DNA from: Neodothiora populina
Taxonomy: Eukaryota
DNA length: 64,000 nucleotides
Direction of reading: 5' to 3'
Assembly: GCF_041146345.1 (NCBI RefSeq)
Contig: NW_027191415.1
Span: forward strand, 124,001 to 188,000
Position numbers and translations under genes: made by a program
Shown: positions 1 to 12,092 of the stretch, piece after piece
How positions within the stretch are numbered: position 1 is the first letter of the stretch
Layout: each line of letters opens with the position of its first letter
Notes under the pieces: generated by a model
Seen by the model: the letters and a program-made list of their open reading frames with translations, nothing else
Database searches by the model: none
Told to the model about the DNA's origin: nothing

Positions 1-1471
1 TGAGTATGATCTCAAAGGAAGGGGTTTGTATTTTTCAATGTGTCATAATGATGCGCGAGTACTTTATGATCGAGGCGGTGTTGCCTTCGAGCAAGATTGA
101 CAAAACGCAACGGTAATCCCTATCGTTATCCACACCTGCGAGAGATATCAGCCAGAGAACCTTGCTTCACATAGTTCTCATCTTCCTTCCACGCATCATA
201 CCCCGCTTTGAAGTGAAGGCAGGAAACAGTGGTGCGGTGCTGTTCTTGATAGGTGCCCTCAGTCAACCATCCCCTCGAACCGTGTAGCCTAGCCCAGCGA
301 TCCAGCAGTATGGGTTGAGGCCAAGTCGAGACGCGCATGCTTCCCTTTTCCTCAGTTGTCTCACTGCGCCCGTCTGGTTCAAATTACGTCTGTGTCTGCG
401 CCCCTATCTGTACCCCTCGCCGCATACATGCGGGAGTCATCACACTACCGATAAGGTATCTATCTTACCCTGAGCTTACTGTATTAAGACAATGTACTCT
501 GATTCGGCGGGAGATATTTCCTTTTTCCTTCTTTTTTCTTTTTCTTTTCACCGCAGACTCAGAACTTCAGCTCGCGCTTGGAACACTCCCTAGACGCATC
601 CACTTCCATCACTGACTGTGCTGTGTAATCGTACGCTCTGAACCCACAGGGATGACAACACTTCACTATCAACTTGCTCTTCTCACCGCGAGAGACATAT
701 CTCCACGACTTTCTTTCTCAGTCATGATTTATTGGCTATGAGACGCTTGAGGTCAATGGGGCCATACAAAATGGCGAGCAAGTTGAGTTTGTCGTCATAT
801 TTCTTTCGCAGGAAGACTCGTACGAGTTCTCTGTCAGAAGAAGACAGACCATGATGCTGGATTTTATTGTTGAGCAAATATGGATTGTTGCTTCTCGATT
901 CGTGTTCTCGTGAGTTGCTTTTTGAAAACTTCATCTCACTCACATTTTCCTTGTCGATCCACTCCGTAGAAATGAGACAGACGGAGTATGTAACCACTTA
1001 GCACAGAGCGTAAGGAACACATCCTTGCTCTCTTCTACCAATCATAACAGACTTCGACTCTGCTTCCTCCTCTTCTCCATCTTCACCATCTCAGCAGAAC
1101 CCTTGAAAGCAAGCACGCAGCAAATATCTGTGTTATTTCTGATTTGGAGTATTAGGTAGTAGATATGTACAACATGAACAGCTCGAAGAACAAAGGAAAA
1201 TATATGTATCTAAAGATGAGCGCTGGAGAACCTTTTATCATCGGGCCCGCGGAGGGGTCCCCAAAGTGGGTATAAATCGTTGGACGAAGGATGCCAGAGA
1301 GATTACCCTCCCGGAATCGGAATAAGTAGAGAAAGGAAAAGGAAAGACATGAGCCGCCCATTGAACCACCGCCACCACCGCTACCACCATACGCGTCTTT
1401 TTGTTTGCAGCAACAACATATGAATATTCTCAACTCTTCCCTCATCTTGCCCAGAAGATGATAGATCGACC

Positions 1472-1551
1472 TCATTGTCCACTCGAATCCTCAAATTTCG
1501 CACCGCTCGTGTTGTCAATTCGCTGCTGCTGATGCTGAGGCTGATGCTGCC

Positions 1552-1584
<33 letters not shown>

Positions 1585-3430
1585 TGTCCCCATGATCCAC
1601 AGCCAGATGATGATGTTGATGATGTTGACCAGTCTCGAAGTCCTCATATGGACGATCCTCTTCTTCGTCGAAATCGTACCCCTCCCCTGTCGCCCCCAAT
1701 GGATCTGGAGCATCTCGTTGATGAAGATTCCCACGCCCGTCGTCATTGGGATCCAAGTTTAGTTCGTCGGCTTTGGCTTGACACGCCGTGGCTGAGAATC
1801 CGTTGCCTACTTTGCTGGATATGATGCGCCAGCGATCGTTGTTGTAGTCGTGAATTGCTGTTTGTAGTCTCTGGATCTGTGGTTGCGGGAAAGACCGTCG
1901 TGTCAGTGATGGGTTCGAGTCAATTACTATGGATGAACAACACTTGTTCGCGGATCATGTATGTTGGTGGAGGATTTTGTGCTCTATCTTTGTTTTTCGG
2001 AGGGGCATATACGAATGTTGGGCATGAGTATGGTCTCGGGCAACCCATAAGAGATGCTGTGTTGGGACAAGCCAGGTCTGAGCATCTTGTGGTTCACAAA
2101 GTCTGGCCAACCTTCGCGTATGGAAGAGAATTGGAAATACGGATGCGAAATCAAGAGGAGCATGAGAGACAATAGATTTGAGAGAATCTCCACGTGAAAC
2201 CATATCTTGAGCATGTTCTTGGCCAAGACATCGGACGTGTCAAGATTGTTATGATGCGGAATCCAGTCTTGATTCCGACCTTCTGCCCTGACCTCGTGGC
2301 AGCACAGCCTCTCGCGCAAGACTTAATGCATTGGCAGAGTTCAATGCTGTTCTGAACAGCAAGTGGCAGTGCCAAAGCAAGCCCAGGAGAACAAGAAGAA
2401 AATCGCGTGGGAGCGGGACGATGGCGAAACTTCGAAAGGAAGGGCAGAAAAAATCCGAGCGTATGATTATAAAGGAACAGAAAACAACTCACCATCTCAT
2501 CAGACCAAGCTGTAGTCTTCGCCTTCAACTTGGTGCAATACCTCACTTGCAATGTACCCGAACTCCGGCCAGGAAAGAAGTCTGCGATTTGTTTCCAGGT
2601 AAGATCTTTTGTTTCCTTGAGCTCCACAAGTAAAGCATCTTCTTCGCGCGTGAATTTGAGTTTGGGTCCTTTCGGTCGAGGAGCGGGAGATGGCATGCCT
2701 TCCTGTCCTACCATTGATGGAGGACCAATCTCGCGATTCGTAGGGGAGGAAACATTGCCGTCGCGACTTTGCTGCTGTGAGGGGAGCCTGTGATGATGAT
2801 GGTGCTGTTGTACATCGTGGGTCGTCCGAGAATGGCTTTCGCGACTGGGCAGATGCGGGTGCTGTTGTGGGGATAGTCTGGATCGCTGAGATCGGGGGGA
2901 ACGGCTTTGAGAGGGCGAACGATGTCCAGGAAGCATGGAGGCAGCGGGCACTGGTTGCGGGTGTAGTGTACGGTTTGATATGTCCGAGGATGTTTGGTAC
3001 CCAATGTTGTCAGGATGCCCTGCAACAACTCGATATGCTGGATAATCTGCAAAATCGTCCTCCATTCGACTCCTCTTCCTGGAGGGCGTCACCGCTGGCG
3101 CAAAGACTACCGGCATCTGCGATATACCAAATTGTGGAGAAAGATTCTGTTGGTTGAGATACTGATGAGGACTCAAGTGCTGGGTAGGCATGGTGAATGA
3201 AGTGCCTACTCCATGGATATCCCGATGGACCGGATTCCCAGTACTGGACTGCTGCGATTGCGCGCCGAGGTTGTACCCATGCGGCGAAGTTGCAAGATAT
3301 GAAGCCTGCTGTTGCGGGTAGCCTGCAGAAACGAGCAGCTGGTGATAGCCAACATTCTGCGCCTGCTCCTGACCTTCCACATCCTGCGTGGGAAGGTCAT
3401 ATCCTAGGCCAAACCCGGTCTCGTATGGTC
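1472..3430 (-). CDS. Myb/SANT-like DNA-binding protein. Two exons seen: (~3430)..2493 and 1876..1472. True start uncertain.
   Basis: Myb repeat KLKFTREEDALLVELKETKDLTWKQIADFFPGRSSGTLQVRYCTKL. GTGAGT donor at 2492, ACTGAC branch site, CAG acceptor at 1877. Splicing continues a second repeat in frame (WSDEM|IQRLQTAIHDYNNDRWRIISSKVGNGFSATAC) into the polyQ tail. Confidence 0.85.
1524..1581 (-). repeat. CAG/CAA trinucleotide tract encoding polyQ in the last Myb exon
   Basis: (GCT/GTT)n on the plus strand; translates to QQQQQQQQQQRQHQPQHQQQ. Confidence 0.9.
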
Positions 3431-5293
3431 CTGCCAGGGTTGCAGATGAGCATAAGCGCTGTTGCCGATGAGGGAGCAAGTAGCTGGGATCAGAGAGGGG
3501 GGTATCTTCTCGGTGGCGTATGGCCTCCAGGATTGCCGGCACTGAGGATGCTTTTGAAGTCCAGAAACCCAGACCGTGAATTCTCGAGGATGCTTCGTAC
3601 GAATTGATGCGAATATCAATGAAACAAGAAGGCTGATTGCTCCGGCGAATGGCAACTGTTAAAGGTGATAGTTCCACCGGACAGTGAGACAGAACTGGTC
3701 AGATGTAACACCAAATGATCGAAGATGATTTCTATACTTGGTCTCGCAGTATTCAGGTAAAGAGGGCCGGGTATGATCTTGTGCCACAATACATGAGCAT
3801 CTTGCCACCAGTCAAATACGCAATGTAGATCAATTCTCGAAAGAGGCTTTGACGTCAAGAGAAAGAATGTCGAACAGGAGGGTGTATAATATGTATTTGA
3901 GGGCTAACGCGCCCTCTGCAGAGATCCACCCATTCAGGTTCGTAGTGTTTGACGTAAACAGATACCAAAGCTGGCCGCTCGCTTATATTGACATATGTAA
4001 CGGTGTACATGGAACATGGAGCAGAGGTCGAGTGCCGACTGGGTCGTCTTTCTTCACGCTGTTTCGAGATTGCGTGCAAAAGAGGGCGGGCGCATTGGGC
4101 AAATGGAGATACAGAGAGGTGCCTCGCAACGGGACTATCAGGAGGTAGCCATGCTCAGCCCGGACGGATCTGCACAATCATGCGGCTCGGCTAGTCCGGC
4201 GAAGGGCCATGCCGTATGATTCGAGAACCTGTTGTGATCAAGTTCCAGGATCGTGTGGAGAAGCTTAAAGGGAACAAACGTGGAATGTGGCTCAGCTCTT
4301 TTTTCTTGTGATTGCTTTTGAATGCTGTTGCAAAAATAGAAATTTGCAGGAACCTGTGCTGTAACAATGACAATGTAACTTGAATGACCAACCATGGCAA
4401 AGATGATGATCGGTCACCATATGCAAGACCAGACTTGACATTTCTCTTCTGATTCGAGGTGTCAGTGAACCGCAGCAGGTACCGGATCTGCCCGCTGGGC
4501 GTGTGCCAACAGTATCGTGAGGCAGAGAGGCTATATCTGACGCTCCTAGTCTATAAAAGCCCCGCGCGGGAGCCTTGGTGGTTCAAGCCCCATCGAATGG
4601 GTGTTTGACAGCAGGATAGCAGCTGCCGACGCTACATATGCGAATGTCTTCCATCGCAAGCAGAAAATGGAATCCAGAGGCACAGAGTTCTCTTTGCAGT
4701 GTGATAGGGAATCAGAGCCTAGCTGCGCCTCACCGATCTTGCATGAGGATGAACAAATTGGAAGGTGTCGGAAGGCTTCAGGGACCATACACCACAGGTA
4801 CAGATGGCTTACCTGAGGAGGGGTCCATGCGGTAGCAGAGCCGCATGTTTCAAAGCGTAGACCAGGGAGGGCCCCACTGAATTGGAACATTTCTCTCTAC
4901 CTCTAACAAGGACACTACTTTACCTGACGTTGGCATCGAAACATACCTATCTTAGAATCGTATACCTCGAATCGGAGCATGCCACGTTCACTATATCTCT
5001 GTTTTCGGATAGATGAACTCTTCGTGATTTCCATCATGGCGGATCCACGGAGATGGTCTAATCGTCTCATCTTCGGCGTACCAGAGCGTGACGGGCCTAC
5101 GGCGGTCTGTAGATACTTGAGGTGCAGCGAGTTCCTTTTTCGATCATCCTGGTCCGACAGTCCTTCGTAAGCCGGCAGATTGATGTTTAGGTAAGGTTCA
5201 ATTGTTGTCATTCGGTAGTTGAACATTATCAGCTTCGTCTGATTGTATCTTTTGGTGGATTATATTGCGTTAAGTCTCAACCATGTTTCATCA

Positions 5294-5379
5294 GCCCTCT
5301 TAGCTCAGTTGGTAGAGCGCGGCACTAGTATCCTAAATACGCAATGCCGAGGTCGCCAGTTCGACTCTGTCAGAGGGCA
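5294..5379 (+). tRNA. tRNA-Thr(AGT) with a ~13-nt intron (5331..5343)
   Basis: Acceptor stem GCCCTCT/AGAGGGC, D arm TAGCTCAGTTGGTAGAGC, anticodon stem CGGCA/TGCCG with AGT at 5327-5329, T loop TTCGACT, T-runs just downstream. Confidence 0.93.
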
Positions 5380-5875
5380 TCCATGTTTTGTTTTGCGAGT
5401 CTATTGTGTGAACTTGTAGGAAGACCTCAAGTCTGCTGCCTTGCTCACGATTTGTAAAATCCCATCTCAGTACGTGCTCGGAAAACAATATTTCTTGACA
5501 GGTTGATGCTTCGCCTCAGTGATACTTACCACTAGTGTGGATAAGGTATCTAACGGTACCTCGGATCGGACATCAAGTGGAACCAAGGCATTTTATCACA
5601 GTGAACAATGAATTACTTGTGAACGGGTAACTTGATATACATTACTCATGTTTTTGTATTCGACTTTCTCTAAGCATAGTAAGGTATGTGTCAATCTGGT
5701 TTAGGTACTATGATACAGACTAAGGTTTCGAGCGAAAGGAGAGTATAGGCTAATCACAACGGATGTGCGGAAATCATTACCAACGCCGTTTGTAAAATGC
5801 AGCGCTCCCGTTTACGTGAAAGCGTCAATATGGTAGAAAGGTATTTCGGCTCTGGTTATCGCAGACGAAACCTCC

Positions 5876-6995
5876 TTACTTCCTCCTGTTCTGCTGCATG
5901 GCAAGAATTTGGACCATGCGGACAAAGATGTTGATAAAGTCAAGCTCGAGGCGGATAGCCTCGTTGACAGGATCCCTTCTCATCAGACCTCGCTCGCTCA
6001 TTCTGGCGTGTTGGAGGATCTTCTGAATGTCGTATAGAGTGAAGCCACCGAAGACGGCAAGACCTCCGTACAGCCAGATGTTCTCGGTGAACATCAGTGC
6101 ACGACCAGCAGTTGCGGGCAGGACCATGGGTGCAAGTCCAGAAAGCGCAACGATGGCAACACCAGCCAGGAGGGGACCACCGAGGTAAAGATACTTCTCC
6201 TGCTTGGCGGTGGCACCAACAAAAGCGATGGAGCCCATCATGCCGAGAGTGTAAAGACCAGCGCGGGCAAGGATCTGAGGAGCGAAGAACATCATGGGCG
6301 AAAGAAGAGCGGCCTGGGTCAAGTTGAAAGCAGTCCAGAGAGCATATTTGGCAACGTAGCTATTCGAAGTAAGTCACTAGTTTTCACTCAGACACCAACA
6401 CCTGCTCGGGCCCAAAGGGACAATCGGATACTTACTTCTGAGGAGGGCAAGCATAGGTACCGTACATGGTACCGATGCTACCAACGAGACCAATACCGAG
6501 AACGAGCCAGGGGTTTGCGGCCATAAGTCTGTAGCTCCATCCGTTCATGTGCAGAGCCCTTGCGGCAATACCGATGATACCAACGCCAAGGCCAGTGTGC
6601 AAGAAGGTTTCATTAAGGTATGATCTCTCGAATGGTGGCATTCCACCGTCTTCACGGGTTTCGCGGTTGAACATGAAGTTGATGGCGACGAGGGTTCCAC
6701 CGAAGATGGCGCCACCATAAATGAGACGCTGGGTGAGGTTGCCACCCTGAGCGACCGGGTTGAATCCAGCCTGCTGTTGGTAGCCACGACGGAGAGTTTG
6801 CTGGAAAGTGTTGCGAGACGAAGAGAGGCCCATCTTAATAGTGTTGCCAGTCGCTGGCTTGAAGAAGCTCTTGAAGGCATTTTGCTTTGCAGGTGCCTGG
6901 TGGAAGTTTCGGACCACGGTCGAGGAGATCTGAGGCGAAGCTGCTTGCTTGAGAGCTGAAGTGACGGCAAAAGGTCGCCGTAGCATGAACGCCAT
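5876..6995 (-). CDS. Bax inhibitor-1 family membrane protein (GHITM/MICS1-like, probably mitochondrial); join 6995..6436, 6359..5876
   Basis: Arg/Ser-rich presequence-like N-terminus, several TM segments, LYGGLAVFGGFTLYDIQKI and DPVNEAIRLELDFINIFVR motifs; a GTAAGT..TAG intron at 6435..6360 restores the frame. Confidence 0.92.
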
Positions 6996-8026
6996 GCTTG
7001 CGGTTATGGCTGTTTTCTTGATGAGAGTGTGCTTTTCTCCTAGATGGATTTTGTTGGATTTTTGTCACGATGGCAATCGTTCAGGTCTAGGTGGTGTGTG
7101 AAAAGGACTGGTATAGAAGTTCGCACCTTCCAAAAGATGACCACGACAAGAAGCGCGGATGCCTTTGGAATGAGATCACTTGCCAAGACTTTCTTTCGGT
7201 ATCTGCTTACCTTTACTCCGAGCTTTCGAGACCTTTCTCCAAGTGCCACCCACTATCTCCGAGTAGCTAAGCTACTTTTGGCAATCGAGGTCAAAGCACC
7301 TCCGCCTTCCGAGGCACCTGTACAGTCCTCCGTACTGTACCACGAGGTACTCGAGTTCAAGGTGCTGTAAGTGCTGTAGTTCATGCCAGGTCTTTGAAGA
7401 TCGGCTTGAATGGCCTGACGAAATTCTTCCATTATCCGTCACTAAATCCCTATCTGTATCTGACCTATAGCACACCAAAAGCCACCAACTTCTCAGCATC
7501 TACAGCTGGTTGCGGCACCCAGCGCTTACGTGTAAGGTAGCCTCTATCTCCGCCGTTCGATCAGATCGGACGGAGTGGACTCGCCCGTTCACCTTACCTC
7601 ACTGTATAATGTAGACGTCACTCTTAAACGTTCCAGGTTGCCTGTGTATAGCGTTCCCGTTCATCCATGTATCGTTCTGCCCCTGCTCTAGCCTGGTACA
7701 AGCACAGTATTTGGTGCTGCAGAACTTTACCTTATCTTCTATGGTTGTCTTGAGCATCCAACGCTGCAACTTTTTCTTTCTTCAATCCTAACCTTTACTT
7801 AATCTGACCAGCCCCCGGTAGCAGTCCTATCACTTCTTAGCTATTTCTTCACCTCGTACCTGAGATCACAGACACTCATTATTTCGTACCCATTCACACC
7901 CGTGTGTGAATAATCAGTGTGTTGCTGTATCACATCTTCTTGCACCGGGAATAGCCAGGTTTACGCCTAATTGTCTCTAGTCATCTCAACACTCTTGACA
8001 TTATTGTGTGCTGCCAAATATCCAGA

Positions 8027-10386
8027 ATGTGCGGCATTTCTTGTATATTAGCATTGCAAAACCACGCCTGTGACCACCACCTCACGTCCACACAGGATCG
8101 CTCGAATGGTCCCATCCAGGGTATAGAGCTCAACGGTGATGTCGAGCACGACGCCATCGCTCACGAGCTCGATGCTTCCTTGGAGCAAATCAAGCATCGC
8201 GGGCCTGATAGTAGAGGGCAATGGATAAGTCCGGACAAGCGCTGTGGTCCTCTGAGCCAGCCCTTTCTGTAACGCCAGCTTCCTTGCACTCTTCATACTG
8301 ACCTGTTCTCTCACATGCAGCTTTTGGTCATGTGCGTTTGGCCATCAATGATCTGTCTCCTGATGGCGCCCAGCCATTCCACTCTGCCGACGGCTCAGTC
8401 CATGCAGTGGTCAACGGCGAATTCTACGACTACGATGCCATCCGTGCCGACCTCCTCTCCAAAACGCAATATCACTTCCGCTCCCGTAGCGACAGCGAGC
8501 TCATCATCGCATTGTACAGTCATTATGGCCTCAACTTCGTTCACTACTTACGTGGCGAGTTTGCGTGCGTCCTCTTCGATGAAGACCAGCAGCTTTTCAT
8601 TGCTGTCAGAGATCGCTATGGTATCAAACCCCTTTTCTGGACCGTGCAAGAGGGTCGACTACTCGTTGCTGCGGAAATCAAAGCGTTCCTGCCGTTGGGT
8701 TGGAAGACGCGGGAGTGGGATGTCCGTAGTCTGCTAGATGGCGGCTGGAACCATGACGAGAGGACCATCTTCAATGGGATAAACAAGGTATGTGGTGTTC
8801 GTGCATCTTACATCATACCTGTCTGCTCACGCCTAAGAAGATCCGTCCTGGTCATTACTTGACTTGTCAAAGCTTTGGTCACATCGAACAGAGAGCTTAT
8901 TGGGACCTTACCTATCCTGACAAGGTAAGTCCACATTTCAACCTGCTTGAAGTCACAGCGTAAGTCTTATGTTGATCTCCAGAGAATCCCCGATCCACGT
9001 ACTCCTGATGAGTTAATCCAGGGCGTGCGTGAACGGCTTCTAGAAAGCATTCGCCTCCGCCTTCGTGCCGATGTCCCAGTTGGAATCTACCTCAGTGGTG
9101 GAATTGACAGCTCAGTCATCGCTGGAATGGTGACACATTTGGTCAAAGAACAGGGTATCTCGATGGGCAGCGCAGATCCGACAGCTCGCCTTTCCTGCTT
9201 TAGCATCGCTTTCGATGAAAGCAGCGGTTTTGATGAGTCTGCGATCGCCAATCGCACTGCGGAATGGCTGGGTGTTAAGTACATCAAGAAGCATATGAAT
9301 GAAGCCGAGCTTGCCCGGCGATTTGAAGATGCAACTTGGCACGCTGAACATCACAACCCAGACTTCAACTACGTTGGCAAATACGCACTCAGCGAAGTAC
9401 CTTATGAAAATGGGTACAAAGTTGTCTTGACCGGTGAGGGGGCCGACGAGCAATTTGCTGGCTATCCCGTTTTTCTTCCCGACTATCTCAAGGAGCCGGA
9501 TCCATCTTGGACTTCTTACAGAAACATAGGTGAAGGTGAACGAGCGATTCAATATCGGCTTGCTGAACGTCAAGTAGCAGCATATTACAAGTCCGTTGGT
9601 GCCGACGTGTCGAACCGCAAATCATGCACCGCAAGTCGCATGCTCAACGACATCAGCATTCCTGCTTCAATGGCAGCATTTCAGCTCAACATCTTTGCCC
9701 CATGGACCGCGAAAGTCTACGGAAACTGTAATCCGCAAAACACAATCGCCAATAATGTCGATGGTCGCGTCAGAGACGACATGATCAACAAATGGCACCC
9801 CTTGAACTCAGCAATGTATGTTTGGCAAAAGGGTCACTTGGCCAATCTGTTTCTCACCTGTTTGGGCGATCGAGGAGAGATGGCACACAGCGTTGAGGCT
9901 CGAACACCCTTTCTCGACCATGAGTTCACGACTTACTGCAACAATCTCCCTCCTAGCGCCAAGATTCGATGGTTCAGTGATGAAGTCGACTCGGATGGTG
10001 TTGCTAATGGTCACTCGCTGGAATTCAGCCAAGGAGCAAATGGCGTTGAAAGGCGCAGTCATAACAAGCGATTCGTAGAGAAATGGGTCTTGCGCGAGGC
10101 AGCGAAACCATTTATTACACAAGAGCTCTACGAGCGTAAGAAGCATCCATATTCTGCACCGACTACATGGCCTCGCGATGGGCCCCTTCACAAGCTTCTG
10201 GCTGGTCTGCTAGTACGCTCCGAGGTTGAGAAATTGGGATTCGTTGCTTGGGAGAAGTGTCAGGGTTTGGTCGACAAAGCTTTTGGAGAGTCTGGAGATC
10301 CTGGTGCGATGAGATTTTGTATCGTCCTGGCCCAGTGGGTTGTTCTGGGAAATAAATTTGGCATTGAAACTGCCTTGGCTGTCTGA
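8027..10386 (+). CDS. Asparagine synthetase (glutamine-hydrolysing)/AsnB-family amidotransferase; exons ~8027..8246, 8321..8787, 8841..8924, 8983..10386
   Basis: N-terminal MCGI, HRGPD, GHVRLAIND, VNGEFY, DRYGIKPL, LSGGIDSS, LTGEGADE, EARTPFLDH; three frame-restoring introns (first donor weak). Confidence 0.93.
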
Positions 10387-12092
10387 GGTGGGAAATTCAG
10401 CGTGTCTTTGTCGTGTACCTATCTTAGATTTCTATTCTTGCTTGTGTGTCGTTCGTCTTTATACATTTGATTTGGAATAGTAGAATCTTGCTTCATTCCC
10501 TCTCACACTGCTTGCTAAATTTGGTATTCATGCCTTGTTGTTTGAACGTTCTTTTGTTGTTGCGGGTCCTATAGGATGCTGTGGAGTGTGTCGTAGATAA
10601 ACGTTCTCCTAAAGAATAGACATGGCGAATCATAATGGCCGTCGCCCAAAAACGACGCTGAAGAGACACCGGAGCGTCGAACACATCATACAGAATATCC
10701 AGTATGACATATATTTACTTGTAACATCCGATTTTGACCCAGTGTATTGTATGAGAGTACATGACACGTTCAACCGACGTGATGGATTCACTAGAGATGG
10801 TAGACAGGGTCGCCCTCAAGCTTACAAAATGGGAATGAAAAGCATATTTACGTCTCACTCGGTCTGCCTTATACAGCAGTGTTGAGCTAAGTCTCCCAGC
10901 TCCATAAATCGAAAGGTAACTACCTTAACCGTTCATAAAGCTACTGAGTCTACATTCAAACGTGGTTGACCAATTGCTGTCTCCAATAAGTCAATGACCC
11001 AAAACGAGATCTTATGTACAAGAGCTGTACTACTAAAGCCGGCTTGCCGAGGCAGAGCCACAATTCGAGCATTGGCAGAAGCGCCGCAGCTTGGTCGTAG
11101 CACTCTTTTCGCAGACAACAATACTGTTTGGTTACTGCTGCTACGAACTAGCTCGAAGGCGACTGTCAGGTGAACAAGATATATTGTTCAATCCTGATCG
11201 CGATACAGTCTACTGGGCGCCGAGAAAGACGATTAAGTATAGCCAAAGACAAGAGGGAGGTAGATTATAGTAGGGCACAGCCCCCCCGACTGTTAACACT
11301 AAATTTAGGTTGGAGATTCTTTGGAGAGAGAGAGAAAGAAAGGATCTCCAGCCATGCCAGTTTCGGCCCGCTCGTAGCCGCCCAATGATCAGCGCGATGT
11401 GGGACCTTTGTCGCGACAAGCTGACAGCCCGAAAGGCTGACCTGCAGAGAAAAGTGTACCGTACAGATTGTTGACCTCATAAGGCCGTGGGGGAGAGGGC
11501 CGCCATCAGAGGGATGCATGCATGGATGCAGGGTCGACAAAATGACCTCGTGTGCGGGTTTTTAGACGAAGGTCCGAAGGACAGTGGACTCTTTTCGCGC
11601 TCTGCTCTCACACCCTGTCTGTCCCTTGGAAGAGTCTATATACAACGACTTTCTGACACAGGAGAATCAGACAGATAAACTTCGGCCACCGTTGCGCTGT
11701 TGTTGATTCGTTACCAGCCCGAGAGGTACAGCGCTGTACAGTACCTGGTCAGCTCAGGACAAAACGCCCTCGTCGGAAGAAGCGTAAGAATAGGTTGACG
11801 GGTGGGAAGTTGTACACTACAAGAGTACCTTTGTCTTATGCTATTGCTCTGTACTTCGTTTTCTTCTTATTTCTTGAATGAAGTCTTACTTGTCAAGAGT
11901 TTGCGATATCATTCCAGAGAGACATCTCGTCTTGAGTCGTCTAAGCTCGTCAGGGGGGAGTCAAGCTCGTATATGCGACTGGATATGAACCACGCGTCAA
12001 CGACATCGACTGTTCCTGTGGGAGAATATTGTCTATAGCTGCTTTTGCCGCTGCCGCTCGTATATTCTTCTCTCCTAATGGCTTTATGAACA

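Noticed and set aside
126..1475. Short ORFs at the left end
   Set aside because: No motifs; the region looks like 3' UTR or intergenic sequence.
8925..8982. Internal CACAG-C-GTAAGT inside asparagine synthetase intron 3, suggesting a 1-nt microexon or nested intron
   Set aside because: The pieces would be only ~34 and ~23 nt, and the extra base would break the frame; a single 58-nt intron works.
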